DNA from: a virus
Virus record (IMG/VR): IMGVR_UViG_3300045988_174823
Direction: 5' to 3' (one strand)
DNA: 64,000 nucleotides
Numbering within the stretch: position 1 is the stretch's first letter; every line of letters starts with the position of its first letter. A program made the position numbers and the translations under genes. The notes beneath the pieces are model-generated. The model was not told where the DNA came from. It did not search any database and saw nothing but the letters and a program-made list of their open reading frames with translations. Below are positions 8,556 through 18,182 of the stretch, piece by piece.

Positions 8556-9117
8556 TGCGTTTCATTCTTTCGTTAATACGTATGCGCGCGGCCTTGGCAG
8601 CCAAGGAATACGCATGGGAATCGTAATTAGAGCGAAGACACCTCAAGATTTCGTCGGCAAACACTTTTATAATATCCGGTTGAGCGCTTTTGTAAGCGTC
8701 CATGTCTCCTTCGTTTGTAAGTGTAGCGGGATAAATGATGAGTTTCACCTCAGCACTTACATGATTGAAGAAACGATACCATTGAGAGTCGTATGAATCA
8801 ACAAATGAGAACGACCGCCAACGTATTTGAGGTGTTAAAAGGTCATAGTGATTTGACAAGTTGTAGGCGAAGTCGCGTGTCAATATCGGACAAGCCCGGT
8901 TTAGTGTTAGACTGCAACCGTCCTTACGATCGGCGAAGAAGTCAATCGCCAAGGCTATGCCGTATGTGCGGTGCGGCCGAAAATAATTCCAAACATCATA
9001 AGCGTTACCAACGACAACTTCGATATGTCGCCGTCGCAGTTCCTCAGCCAGTGCCTGAACGAAACGGCGTGCTTCAGCGTTGAAACGCTTCGATGTTAAA
9101 TAGACCACCTTACGCAT
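8548..9117 (-). CDS. hypothetical protein
   Basis: The ATG at 9117 sits 1 nt after the TAA of the upstream gene, so the longer ORF-track start at 9255 would overlap it by 137 nt. There is a weak resemblance to the Amidase_3 layout, but without the Zn-ligand His/Glu, so no function is called. Confidence 0.5.
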   Translation of the reverse strand: MRKVVYLTSKRFNAEARRFVQALAEELRRRHIEVVVGNAYDVWNYFRPHRTYGIALAIDFFADRKDGCSLTLNRACPILTRDFAYNLSNHYDLLTPQIRWRSFSFVDSYDSQWYRFFNHVSAEVKLIIYPATLTNEGDMDAYKSAQPDIIKVFADEILRCLRSNYDSHAYSLAAKAARIRINERMKRNG

Positions 9118-9118
9118 G

Positions 9119-10744
9119 TTATATGATGTATGTAACTTCAGAAATGAAGCATTCGAAGTTGAGCGTTTCTTCCGATACATATTCGCTTGCCCACGCCACA
9201 AGATGGTAATACCCCTTAGACATCTGATAGTCCCTCGTTCCAGTACCATCAACAATCTTAAGATTTTGGGTAGTACTCGGATTGGAATGTATGATTACTT
9301 CAATCGCTCCGCCAACGCTCTCACGCGTGTACATTTTCAAAGCCGAAGGGGAATTAAGCATACCAAGCCGCAAAGTCCAATTTTGCGAACCAACGGCCGC
9401 ATCAATATTGAAGAAATAGCGTCCCCCCAACTCCAGGTTGTAATTATTTCCACCAGCGAGAATCGTAAATCCTGTGGCGCCACCAACAATTCCATTAGCC
9501 AGATGTCGTTTCAATATACTACGATCGTATATAGAATCCGTAGCGACTAATTGCCGCAACTTACTACCTTCGTCGTCACCTGTAAGGATATTGGTCAATA
9601 CACTCCAAATTGTTTCCAGACCTGTATAAACGCTGCCTGCGGTGTTGAAAGCGGTATTGTAAGGAATTCGCGGAAAATCGGTTGACTTACCACCTACCTT
9701 GATATTGTTAGAATCGCCGTATTCGGAAAAGTCTATGTCCAAAATAGCGCGGTGAAGTAACGCTATGGCCTGTTCAACAGGATCGCCTGCTGCAGGCATA
9801 GGACTTTCAGCAGCGGCAGCGGCATATCCTGACGACAGGCTCATTCCAGTAGCCAGTTTCAAACGGTTATACCAACCCTGAATTTTATTCAGGGCTGCCA
9901 TTAGGTCGTCTTCCGTGGTAAGATCTTGTGGATTGGCGATAGTGGCCGTAACGGGTGCGACATTGGTCAGCTTGGCCGAAAATATTATCGTTTGAGAACC
10001 ATTCTGCCAATCGGTGACGATTTTCTCAACCTGTTCGAATATCTTATTCATCGCGGCGTAATCGACCACGTACTGCTTGTATCCGACCACTTGGGTATCG
10101 TTAGCTTGCTCAGAAACGATAACGCCGCTCATCGCCGCACTGAAGTCAAAGAACAGACCATTTACGAACCCTAACGAATTCTTGGATGACGTCGAGAGCA
10201 ACGACTTCACACTACGTTTAACCAGCATGGGGTTATCACTAACAACCCGCATGCCATACAACACGTCGGTCAACGCCGGGTTGTCTGTTAACTGCTGAAA
10301 ATCGAAATTGAGCTGTGACGTCCTTTGGTCGAAAGTCGCCACAACGTTGTCGAAGAAATAGTTTGTCGAAGCAACGTATTGCGTGGTTGTGCCTTGGCCT
10401 GCAAGATCTTCGACGATGATGTTGTTCTGTTTATCAACGTATTGAATACGTGTTTGACCTACCACCCACACCATAGTATTCCATGACGGATCGGAATCGC
10501 GTTTCAAGACGTTGTAGAACGCCGCGATAGGTAAACCGCCGGGAAGATTAGCTTTGTTGATAAGGTCGTTAAAATCGTTTATCTGAGACACGATTGCCTG
10601 CGACATCGGAACCCACTGCCCGAGCGAGGCATCGTAACTTTTGTGGAGTTTGTCGGTAGTGTCGTACCAAATAATCGCCGAATTCGACGGCGGCGTCGTG
10701 CCAATAGAAATACCTGATACAGTTCCGACGTCAATAGTTGCCAT
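9119..10744 (-). CDS. structural protein, fibre-like N-terminus (tentative)
   Basis: 541 aa. The N-terminus TTPPSNSAIIWYDTTDKLHKSYDASLGQWVPM resembles the conserved N-terminal motif of many phage fibre proteins. It lies in the morphogenesis region downstream of the portal gene. Confidence 0.4.
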   Translation of the reverse strand: MATIDVGTVSGISIGTTPPSNSAIIWYDTTDKLHKSYDASLGQWVPMSQAIVSQINDFNDLINKANLPGGLPIAAFYNVLKRDSDPSWNTMVWVVGQTRIQYVDKQNNIIVEDLAGQGTTTQYVASTNYFFDNVVATFDQRTSQLNFDFQQLTDNPALTDVLYGMRVVSDNPMLVKRSVKSLLSTSSKNSLGFVNGLFFDFSAAMSGVIVSEQANDTQVVGYKQYVVDYAAMNKIFEQVEKIVTDWQNGSQTIIFSAKLTNVAPVTATIANPQDLTTEDDLMAALNKIQGWYNRLKLATGMSLSSGYAAAAAESPMPAAGDPVEQAIALLHRAILDIDFSEYGDSNNIKVGGKSTDFPRIPYNTAFNTAGSVYTGLETIWSVLTNILTGDDEGSKLRQLVATDSIYDRSILKRHLANGIVGGATGFTILAGGNNYNLELGGRYFFNIDAAVGSQNWTLRLGMLNSPSALKMYTRESVGGAIEVIIHSNPSTTQNLKIVDGTGTRDYQMSKGYYHLVAWASEYVSEETLNFECFISEVTYII

Positions 10745-10755
10745 TTTGAACTTTG

Positions 10756-11040
10756 TTAGCGTGAATATACGTAGGTCTTACGGTCAGCCCACACGAAATT
10801 ATAACTCATATCCCCCTGAGGATACTCGGTAATGGTAATACCATCAGCAGTGGTTTCCCGCTCGATGCGCCATCCTGCCTGCTGTTGACCTGTGCCAATA
10901 GGCGCATAACCGCGGTAGATAACGTCGCCCCCTGAGGCGTCAACAATCGGTTTCGGCATAGCATCGCTCAGCAATTGGACAATGGGCGCGGTGTTTTTCT
11001 CGTTACTCGTCATGGTGTATTGCTTTTTGTAAGTATTCAT
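10756..11040 (-). CDS. hypothetical protein
   Basis: 94-aa ORF between the portal gene and the 541-aa structural gene. The internal ATG at 11013 is an alternative start. Confidence 0.5.
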   Translation of the reverse strand: MNTYKKQYTMTSNEKNTAPIVQLLSDAMPKPIVDASGGDVIYRGYAPIGTGQQQAGWRIERETTADGITITEYPQGDMSYNFVWADRKTYVYSR

Positions 11041-12766
11041 CGAATGCAGCTACGAGAGGATTGGACTCGCGTGCCTTCATAGTTTCTTCTTGATCACCCT
11101 CAGCGTAAAGGTCAAACGGATTTCCTGGCTGAGCGGTATCGTCTTCTTCCTCTTCGTCGCCAGCCACGGGTTGATCAGCAGGGCCTCCAGCTTCCATCCC
11201 CATACCAGCAGCCTCTTCAAACGGATTGCCTCCGCCCATACCGCCCATTGCGGCCTGTTGCTGTTGTTGCTGCTTGGCGCTGATGGCTTGCTGTATAACA
11301 GAGTTTTCGATAGTATCGCCACCCTTTTCTTCGCCGATAGCCGGGAGGTCCCACTTCTCGCGAATTTCGTCCACGGTCTGGAAAGCCTGGAGACGTTTGA
11401 TGTCCATATCCAGTTCCTCAGAGATGGTCATTCCGTTGAGGCCCATGAATACGAACTCGAAGTCGGGGTTGATTTGCTCGACGATGAACTTGTTAACCTT
11501 ACGTTGGATGAATTTCAGCATCGGGTAAAGACCCTTGTCCTTCGACTGCTCCATGCGCTGCTTTTGGCCGTCGCCGAACGTTAGGCCACTGCCATTGGAA
11601 CGCGAAATATCCCAGCCAATTTCCGTAGGGTCAATGCAGAATACTGCACAGGCGATTTTGATCAGATATTCCATCCACGAGTTATACTCCATATCGCGGT
11701 TGTTCTTCTGAAGGTCAACCCAGTCGATATCTCCCTCAACGACAGGCGTCTTCCATGACTGCATAACACCCGATATCATGGCCTGCCATTGCTGCTTGAA
11801 CTGCTGAAGCGAGGCTTCGTTCACGTTACCTTTGATACGCAGAAGACCTTTCGGAGCCGAACCCTGTGAGAAGAAGCGGCGGTTGTACTCGTCGCCCCAA
11901 AGCATCGATGTCACAACGTTGATTAACTCTTCCAACTCAGAGTTTCCGTAACCGTTAGCGTAAATCGACGTGGTCGGATTGCGAATTCCAAAGCACAACT
12001 CCCATGGGTAGAACTGCGCTACCTTGGCCGTCTGGTACACCTGGACGTAGGCCGGATAATAGCCATCAACCTTAGGTCCCCAGTTCTGGCGATCGTCCAT
12101 CATCGCTCCTTCAAAGTAGGGGTTGTTGTACTCGCCATCGAAATACGATTCCGCCAGGCGGAATGTAGCGGCATCAACGGCCTGGAAGCGGACCAGTTTG
12201 CCGCGGCGGTTGCGAATGCACTCAAACGTCATCTGATCGAACGTTAGCGAGTCGTCCACAATCTTACGTATAAATTCGTCAAACTCGTCGCCGTCCCACA
12301 TAGCGGTATCGCCACAGTTGAGGATGAAGTCGGTGATGGAAGACGCAATTTTGCGGTCCTGCGTGTCCATCTTCTGCTCTTGGCCGAACTTAGGCTTGCG
12401 TCGAATAACAAATCCCGTTGAATAGCGGTCGGCCTGCGGTTCGGCGAAGTCAGCTATCTGGTTTTTACGGGTCTTGATAATCGAATTAATAATGGGGGTG
12501 CGACTCATCCGGCGTAACGTTTCGTACGAAAGCGAAAACGGCTTATCCTTATATCCTAAAAACGAGTTGAACTCCAAAGGATCGATCAGATATGCCTTCG
12601 GGGCAACGTTAGCAGGCTTGTGTTGCTGGTTTAATATTTCAGCAGCTTTGAGTATATCAGACGGGCTCTCGCTGCGCATCGCACGCTCTAACAACAGCGA
12701 TTTGCGTATCGTCAAAGCCTGCATGGCGCGTTCCACCGATTCCAATCTTTCTTTCACACCGGACAT
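11003..12766 (-). CDS. portal protein
   Basis: The core block GYGNSELEELINVVTSMLWGDEYNRRFFSQGSAPKGLL is typical of tailed-phage portal proteins. It has a poly-Q and acidic C-terminal tail. The start is either the ATG at 12766 or the GTG at 12778. Confidence 0.7.
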   Translation of the reverse strand: MSGVKERLESVERAMQALTIRKSLLLERAMRSESPSDILKAAEILNQQHKPANVAPKAYLIDPLEFNSFLGYKDKPFSLSYETLRRMSRTPIINSIIKTRKNQIADFAEPQADRYSTGFVIRRKPKFGQEQKMDTQDRKIASSITDFILNCGDTAMWDGDEFDEFIRKIVDDSLTFDQMTFECIRNRRGKLVRFQAVDAATFRLAESYFDGEYNNPYFEGAMMDDRQNWGPKVDGYYPAYVQVYQTAKVAQFYPWELCFGIRNPTTSIYANGYGNSELEELINVVTSMLWGDEYNRRFFSQGSAPKGLLRIKGNVNEASLQQFKQQWQAMISGVMQSWKTPVVEGDIDWVDLQKNNRDMEYNSWMEYLIKIACAVFCIDPTEIGWDISRSNGSGLTFGDGQKQRMEQSKDKGLYPMLKFIQRKVNKFIVEQINPDFEFVFMGLNGMTISEELDMDIKRLQAFQTVDEIREKWDLPAIGEEKGGDTIENSVIQQAISAKQQQQQQAAMGGMGGGNPFEEAAGMGMEAGGPADQPVAGDEEEEDDTAQPGNPFDLYAEGDQEETMKARESNPLVAAFDEYLQKAIHHDE

Positions 12767-12803
12767 AATTGTTTTCACGAGATTTGTTTACCTATAATTG
12801 GTA

Positions 12804-13127
12804 TCAACACAACAGTTTCAAAATGTCGTTCCGCGCTGTTTTACGAATTATCAATGCCTGATGAAGAAGGTCGCCCCATACCGCTATCTGGTAACCATTC
12901 CACGTGTAATAATCCGTTTGATCGTCGTACGAGCCATTCCATTCACCGTCGTGGCGTATGTCAGCGACGAGGCGTTTAAAACGCGCTGTTTCTTCGGTGG
13001 TAAGGGGTGATATGAAAGTGCCGACGACTACTAATCGTGCGGCACTTGTGGAAAGATCATCGGCCAAAATCTGAAAGTCGATGCCCATAAAATCGCCCGT
13101 TTCCAACGGCGTGTGAAAGGTTATCAT
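12804..13127 (-). CDS. hypothetical protein
   Basis: 107-aa ORF with an ATGA overlap with the upstream gene. Confidence 0.55.
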   Translation of the reverse strand: MITFHTPLETGDFMGIDFQILADDLSTSAARLVVVGTFISPLTTEETARFKRLVADIRHDGEWNGSYDDQTDYYTWNGYQIAVWGDLLHQALIIRKTARNDILKLLC

Positions 13128-14134
13128 TTGCCTATCAATTTACAAGCTCTTGGTTCAAATGTAGAGCGTTGTTTACCTTCACCAATCTTCATTTTCCAGT
13201 ACTTTTGATACTCACACAGCCACATTTCCACCTGGTGAAGTGATATCTCGCCCGACGGCGTGACGTAATACCCCGATTCAAGTTTGTGCCAGTGTAGGTA
13301 CGGAAAATCGCCAAACGAAGATAACGCTGCCTGTGCCTCATCACGCAGGCGATATATACCGTCAATTTGACGCTTCAACGATGGGAACACCAACCGCAGC
13401 CCTATGGACGCACCAGGCCCCACATTGGTATAGTCATCCTGGGTAAAGTGCATGAAACGGCGATAGGTATAGCGCGGTATGTAGGTGAAGTCTTGGTAGA
13501 ATTCGTGAGCGATAAATGTCGCCGACGAAGGTAACTCCTGAAGGAACTTGATAATCTGCCCAGGATCGGTAGCCGTCAACACCGTCCGCATCAGTTTACC
13601 TAACTTACGATGAAGCGTAGGCACAACCAAATGCGTGTAGCAGTAGTCGCGCGGTTTTCCAGGTGTGGCCATCGAATTGATGAGGTAGGCCGTGGTGTAG
13701 GGGTTGTTGCCTGTGGCACGGTACGACGTTATCATTTCCGCAAAGCGGTCCTCGTCGTATTGGTTATAATCCGGAATGCCCGCTCCCCAACCGTACTTTT
13801 CACGAGCATATTCAAACGTTTCAGGGTTGTTAAAATACCGGAACACCATCATCTTCCAAACCAGATTCGTCAGCGTTAATTCGTCATCCAGCAAGATATT
13901 ACGTATCTGCCACTGCGAATTACGATCCAGTTCACGATACACATTGGTGAATTTGTAATCGCGTAATATAGGATCATCAGTCCACGGACGCGGTTTCTGA
14001 TCCAGGAACCGTCGCTTCCATATCATTTGGCGCTCAAACATCGTGCGGAAGAACTCGTGATAGTGTTCCTCGCTGACGTCAAGTGCGGCGTCAGGTAATT
14101 TATCAGCCCAAGGGTAATGATCAAATTTCGCCAT
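13124..14134 (-). CDS. conserved phage protein; tentatively aGPT-Pplase-like DNA base hypermodification enzyme
   Basis: 336 aa. The motifs WTDDPILRDYKFTNVYRELDRNSQW and EMWLCEYQKYWK recall the alpha-glutamyl/putrescinyl-thymine pyrophosphorylase family. This is from memory and not verified. Confidence 0.35.
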   Translation of the reverse strand: MAKFDHYPWADKLPDAALDVSEEHYHEFFRTMFERQMIWKRRFLDQKPRPWTDDPILRDYKFTNVYRELDRNSQWQIRNILLDDELTLTNLVWKMMVFRYFNNPETFEYAREKYGWGAGIPDYNQYDEDRFAEMITSYRATGNNPYTTAYLINSMATPGKPRDYCYTHLVVPTLHRKLGKLMRTVLTATDPGQIIKFLQELPSSATFIAHEFYQDFTYIPRYTYRRFMHFTQDDYTNVGPGASIGLRLVFPSLKRQIDGIYRLRDEAQAALSSFGDFPYLHWHKLESGYYVTPSGEISLHQVEMWLCEYQKYWKMKIGEGKQRSTFEPRACKLIGK

Positions 14135-14486
14135 TTTGTTTACGATAAGTTCTAATCAACAATTCACGCCGTGCCTCCGTGCTTTTTCCTACCAAATGCC
14201 GCAACGCGGCGTCCGTAATCTTCATCAACGGACGCTTAGGGGCATTTACAAGTCGCGTTTCAGGCACGCCGAGGTTTACTCTTATGCGTTTACCTCGAAT
14301 CGGTTTAAGGGACTCTGCAGCGATTAATGGACAGTAGTCGTTACCGTGAAACGAACGTATCACAAAAGTCGTCCGACCCCATACCTCGGGGTCTGCTACG
14401 ATATCGCCTATTTTGAAATATCTCCATGCGTTCATACAGTTAAAAACTTTGGCCCCGAAACGCTTACGAATCGGAGCCGTTGTCAT
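14121..14486 (-). CDS. hypothetical protein
   Basis: 121-aa minus-strand ORF that overlaps the next gene by 14 nt. Confidence 0.5.
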   Translation of the reverse strand: MTTAPIRKRFGAKVFNCMNAWRYFKIGDIVADPEVWGRTTFVIRSFHGNDYCPLIAAESLKPIRGKRIRVNLGVPETRLVNAPKRPLMKITDAALRHLVGKSTEARRELLIRTYRKQNGEI

Positions 14487-14519
14487 AACTACCTACAAAA
14501 TAGAAACAGAAAAAAGAAA

Positions 14520-15197
14520 CTAAAACCCGAATATCGTCAGCTGACGAGGCGACAGCTGATAGCGTTCGTTGTCGGAAAGATTGGTCTCGAGAATTTCACA
14601 CGTCTTGATGTCGGTAGCCACGTTGGCGTATTCACGCACCTTTTCGTTATACTCCTCGCGGCAACGACACATTTCAGGAGTAATCGGGTTCTCCTTTTCC
14701 TCGTCAACAAGCGTACCAGCCAATTGAGGACCGGGATTGCAATCGCGGTCCTCCCAGCTGAAGATACGGAACGGCAGTTCCATCTTGATTTCGCCCGTCC
14801 ACCACGTAGGCGCACTTTCGGTAGGTACGCCACCACACTCCTCAAGTTTACTCTCGATTTCAGCCGAGAGGACTTGCAATTTAGCGTTCAGCGACGGAAG
14901 AATCTCGGCCTTGATTTTGGCCTTGATTTCTTTGCCCAGTTTACTGAACTTGATGTTGGAATCGTAACCGCTGATGGCGTTCATGATATCCGACTTTTCG
15001 ATTTCAGCCTGAAGAGCTTCCTTGGCGTCGTTGAAACAAGACTTCTCGATGGCATTGGCCATTTTCTCGAAGACGTTATCCCCCTTTTCCACCTTATCGC
15101 TTTCGGTTTCGTCGCCTACAGGGACAAATCCCTTCAGCATGTGTTCCTGGCGCTCAGCGCGAGCGCTAAGGATAGTTTCACGAATGTTTTCCATCAC
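14520..15197 (-). CDS. hypothetical acidic coiled-coil protein
   Basis: 225 aa. Its N-terminal leader (ERQEHMLKGF) is similar to the leaders of ORFs 4439..4963 and 5641..7428. Confidence 0.55.
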   Translation of the reverse strand: MMENIRETILSARAERQEHMLKGFVPVGDETESDKVEKGDNVFEKMANAIEKSCFNDAKEALQAEIEKSDIMNAISGYDSNIKFSKLGKEIKAKIKAEILPSLNAKLQVLSAEIESKLEECGGVPTESAPTWWTGEIKMELPFRIFSWEDRDCNPGPQLAGTLVDEEKENPITPEMCRCREEYNEKVREYANVATDIKTCEILETNLSDNERYQLSPRQLTIFGF

Positions 15198-15378
15198 CGT
15201 TGCCCTGTTTAACAGCCTTGGCGGCCACGTACTTGCCCCACGCCCAATGAGCCACCACTCCCGCTACAAACGAGAATATAGCCACCAGCGTGTGAATAAT
15301 CTTTGCCTCATGGGCGTAAATCACCGCAGCAATCGTCAAGACCACTGCAATAATCAGAATCCACATCCACTTTTTCAT
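15178..15378 (-). CDS. small two-TM membrane protein (holin-like by architecture only)
   Basis: 66 aa with two hydrophobic segments (WILIIAVVLTIAAVIYA and LVAIFSFVAGVVAHWAW) and a charged C-terminus. Confidence 0.45.
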   Translation of the reverse strand: MKKWMWILIIAVVLTIAAVIYAHEAKIIHTLVAIFSFVAGVVAHWAWGKYVAAKAVKQGNGDGKHS

Positions 15379-15397
15379 AGCGTCTTATCTTGGTTAG

Positions 15398-16390
15398 TTA
15401 CTTTATTAACATTCCGTAGAAGTCTTCAAGCGTGTACGCCTTTTTATAGTTGTATGAATCCTTCGTGTTGGCTACTTCCTCAGCCATCGTCACCAATAAT
15501 TCTTCCTGACGCGGCCCATACACCGACGGTGACAACCACGTCAACTGGACGTTGAACAAAATCTGCCCTATTTCTTCGGTGCTCAACGGCACTCCAAGAA
15601 ATTTCTCGAACTTGGATTGAATCCACAACGCCATCTTCGTAGAACTATACCCCTGGAATGTAGTCGGCGACGGAAGACGCCCATTCAGTTCTCCTTTCAA
15701 CGACTCTATAAAACGGTTAAATGCCTTATCGCCAAATCCACGACGCACCTTGGGGATATTATCCGACTTATCACCCATCAACACCTTATAGAGCAGAACC
15801 TCCAACGCTTCAGTCGTGAGTACCTGGATGTCGGCATCCAAGTGTTCATTCCAAAACCCCTCTTTCCCTGGAAAGACGTAGAATTTCATGAACTTGGAGT
15901 TGTAGTTGAAGACCGAAACCGTTGGCGTTATCAACTGCCGAATATCGCTATCGGCCGTGAGTATTACGGTTTCTTCATCGGGGAGTTCATCCAGCGCGAA
16001 AGCCCACAACATCATCAGATCGTCACCTTCAGCGCCTGGCACACGTGTGACAATTAACCCGCGTTTACGCAGCAGCGCTTCAAACTCACCAAGAACCTCT
16101 ACAAATGCGTCGCTCCACGGTTCCTTCACACGCGTGAGGGCGTATTTGTAGTCTTCGTACACCTCACGTCGCCACGAATGAGAGTCGATGACTACCACCA
16201 CGCGGTTTACGTCATCGCCAAATCGCCGCACCGCAGCGCACAGGTTCATCACGCATTTACGTATCAGAACCTGGCGCTTTTCGCGGTCGTCCAAGACCTC
16301 ACAGAGATCTTCGTTGCGGTAGTACGTCGAAAATATCGAGAACGACAGATGGTACAGGAAATTCCCGTCAAATACGAGGTTTATTTTCAT
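15398..16390 (-). CDS. 5'-3' exonuclease / flap endonuclease (T4 RNase H / PIN-53EXO family)
   Basis: Motifs present: VFDGNFLYH, VVVIDSHSWRREVYEDYKYALTR, GAEGDDLM, LTADSDIRQL and GDKSDNIPKV. Confidence 0.85.
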   Translation of the reverse strand: MKINLVFDGNFLYHLSFSIFSTYYRNEDLCEVLDDREKRQVLIRKCVMNLCAAVRRFGDDVNRVVVVIDSHSWRREVYEDYKYALTRVKEPWSDAFVEVLGEFEALLRKRGLIVTRVPGAEGDDLMMLWAFALDELPDEETVILTADSDIRQLITPTVSVFNYNSKFMKFYVFPGKEGFWNEHLDADIQVLTTEALEVLLYKVLMGDKSDNIPKVRRGFGDKAFNRFIESLKGELNGRLPSPTTFQGYSSTKMALWIQSKFEKFLGVPLSTEEIGQILFNVQLTWLSPSVYGPRQEELLVTMAEEVANTKDSYNYKKAYTLEDFYGMLIK

Positions 16391-17214
16391 TGCGCTATCT
16401 GGTTAGGGTTGGTATTCGAAGCAGCGATACCGCCGCGGGTTATATTAACCTTGCGACCATCCTCAAAACCCATCGACATAGCGTGGCTACTGCCAATATG
16501 CCCTGGGCGGGTGGAGCGTAAATTCTTGTAATTCTCAGCCACGTAGTCGTTCAATTTCTGGTCCGTACGCAGCACCAGCGCGTTCACTTGTACCTGAGCC
16601 TGGAGTTCGCGATCACGCTCTTCTTTAAGACGATTCTGAACGCCTTTAGCTGCCCCGGCCAGATACGACCTCAAGAACGTACCGCGGTGCATCCGCTTTT
16701 CGCCCGTAAATACCCGCATCAGCGCCTGCGAATCGTCATTGCAGTACTCCTCGTAACGTTTCAGTGCCAAACGGTACAACTGGCTCGCCAACACGTCAAA
16801 CAGCCATTTTACGACCTCGATATTATGCGGCTCGCCAATAACGACATACTTTTGACGCATTTCACGCACCTCCTTGCCGTTACGGTTTACGCGACACTCA
16901 CGACGTTTACTAACTATCGCGTAGCAGAAATTGTACTTACAAATTCCGTACAGCAGGAATTGATCCCAGAATCCGCCACACTTACGGGACCAGCTGTCGC
17001 CGAGTTTTTCTTCAACGACGTTAGTCGCCTGCTCGTTATCGGCTACCGCGTCCAAGTCGGCCATCGAAAGATTGTACTGGGTGAGGAGATTCTGAATTTT
17101 AGCAGCGGCGTTGGCAGCTTCAGCCTCGGAATTGATGGCCTTTGCTCCTTCGTAGAGCCGCTGCAGTTTCTTCAGTTTCGAGAGAATTGAGTTGATGTCC
17201 TGTGTAGTTTCCAT
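16387..17214 (-). CDS. DUF2786-like protein
   Basis: The N-terminus ILSKLKKLQRLYEGAKAINSEAEAANAAAKIQNLLTQYNL is typical of DUF2786. The ATG at 17214 is preferred, because the track's TTG start at 17244 lies only 4 nt downstream of the promoter -7 box and so is probably upstream of the transcription start. Confidence 0.55.
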   Translation of the reverse strand: METTQDINSILSKLKKLQRLYEGAKAINSEAEAANAAAKIQNLLTQYNLSMADLDAVADNEQATNVVEEKLGDSWSRKCGGFWDQFLLYGICKYNFCYAIVSKRRECRVNRNGKEVREMRQKYVVIGEPHNIEVVKWLFDVLASQLYRLALKRYEEYCNDDSQALMRVFTGEKRMHRGTFLRSYLAGAAKGVQNRLKEERDRELQAQVQVNALVLRTDQKLNDYVAENYKNLRSTRPGHIGSSHAMSMGFEDGRKVNITRGGIAASNTNPNQIAQ

Positions 17215-17247
17215 AACCAATTTTGTTTTACGATTCCTTTCCAAGAG

Positions 17248-17280
17248 CGAAGGTACGGCGAAAAATCGGATTCTCCAAGA
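17248..17280 (-). promoter_or_regulatory. promoter-like motif TTG-N20-TACCTTCG followed by CTCTTGGAAA
   Basis: The minus strand reads TCTCTTGG-N-TACCTTCGCTCTTGGAAA. The 18-mer is identical at 31005..31022 and 34297..34314. Confidence 0.55.
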
Positions 17281-17296
17281 GAATTTGAAAAAATTT

Positions 17297-17587
17297 TCAA
17301 CAATCCATCACCAAATTACCTTTCAACTCCAATTCGTACAACCGTTCGGCATCAGGTTTGGCATAGCAGAATATCAGCTTACCACCACCTGCACACGCCA
17401 ACGCTTGGCGATACACCTCCTTTATACGCGCGAATTCCTCACTGCGATAAAAATCATAATCGCTAACACACAACTCCCACCACCGCTCTTGATGAGACGC
17501 CCAGGCTATGACACCTGGGCGTTCGGCTTCGATACGCTTTACAGCGGCTAATAGTAACAAGGTATATTTCTGGCGATCGGCTTTCAT
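17297..17587 (-). CDS. hypothetical protein
   Basis: 96-aa ORF with an ATGA overlap with the upstream gene. Confidence 0.5.
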   Translation of the reverse strand: MKADRQKYTLLLLAAVKRIEAERPGVIAWASHQERWWELCVSDYDFYRSEEFARIKEVYRQALACAGGGKLIFCYAKPDAERLYELELKGNLVMDC

Positions 17588-18180
17588 AATGTAGCATCTT
17601 CCTCGCCGAGAGAGCGTGCCAACTCCACCAACAAACGGACGTGCACGTGTTCGTCGGCAACGATCTTATTAATGAGTTGGATAGCCAACGCGGAAGTTAC
17701 AGTCGGCGTAGGGTTGTTGGCTTGAATACGCTGACTGAGTTTTTCATACGCAGAAATTGTGTCTTCTTCGGCGACGATATTAATCTGAACAGCTTCGGCT
17801 GCGCTTTTAGTCGTAATGTCCACTTTGGCTGCCGAAAATGCAGGTTGTGATACGTTACCCCCGATGTGGTTAATGAAGTCGCCTAATCGGTCGTAGTGCT
17901 TCATCTCAGTAAGGGCGATGCCGAGGAACGTTTCGCCAATTTCGTCGAAGAGCATCCGCTGCTGCGTGTACTGGAGAATGGCCGTGAGTTCCGACGTGGG
18001 AGCCGTACCGACGTATGCCTTGTAGAACCACTCAGCCGGAACGCCGTCATCGGGTCTGGCCTTGGAAATATCAGGATAATCAACCGCGTTATTGGCGTAA
18101 CGCATCGACTCTACTAACGCGTCAGCCATCGCTTCGACGTTATCCTGTTTGGCGGGGTTATGTAAGAGAATCGTTTTCAT
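17584..18180 (-). CDS. ferritin-like (Mn-catalase/CotJC-type di-metal) protein
   Basis: SELTAILQYTQQ ... LTEMKHYDRLGDFI ... EEDTISAYE ... DEHVHVRLL gives the paired E...ExxH pattern of a ferritin-like four-helix bundle. Confidence 0.55.
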   Translation of the reverse strand: MKTILLHNPAKQDNVEAMADALVESMRYANNAVDYPDISKARPDDGVPAEWFYKAYVGTAPTSELTAILQYTQQRMLFDEIGETFLGIALTEMKHYDRLGDFINHIGGNVSQPAFSAAKVDITTKSAAEAVQINIVAEEDTISAYEKLSQRIQANNPTPTVTSALAIQLINKIVADEHVHVRLLVELARSLGEEDATL

Positions 18181-18182
18181 GG

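Noticed and set aside
8548-9117. N-acetylmuramoyl-L-alanine amidase (Amidase_3) call
   Set aside because: Only the overall order of hydrophobic blocks is similar. The Zn-binding His/Glu/His positions are not present (LAIDFFAD where SIHANA is expected).
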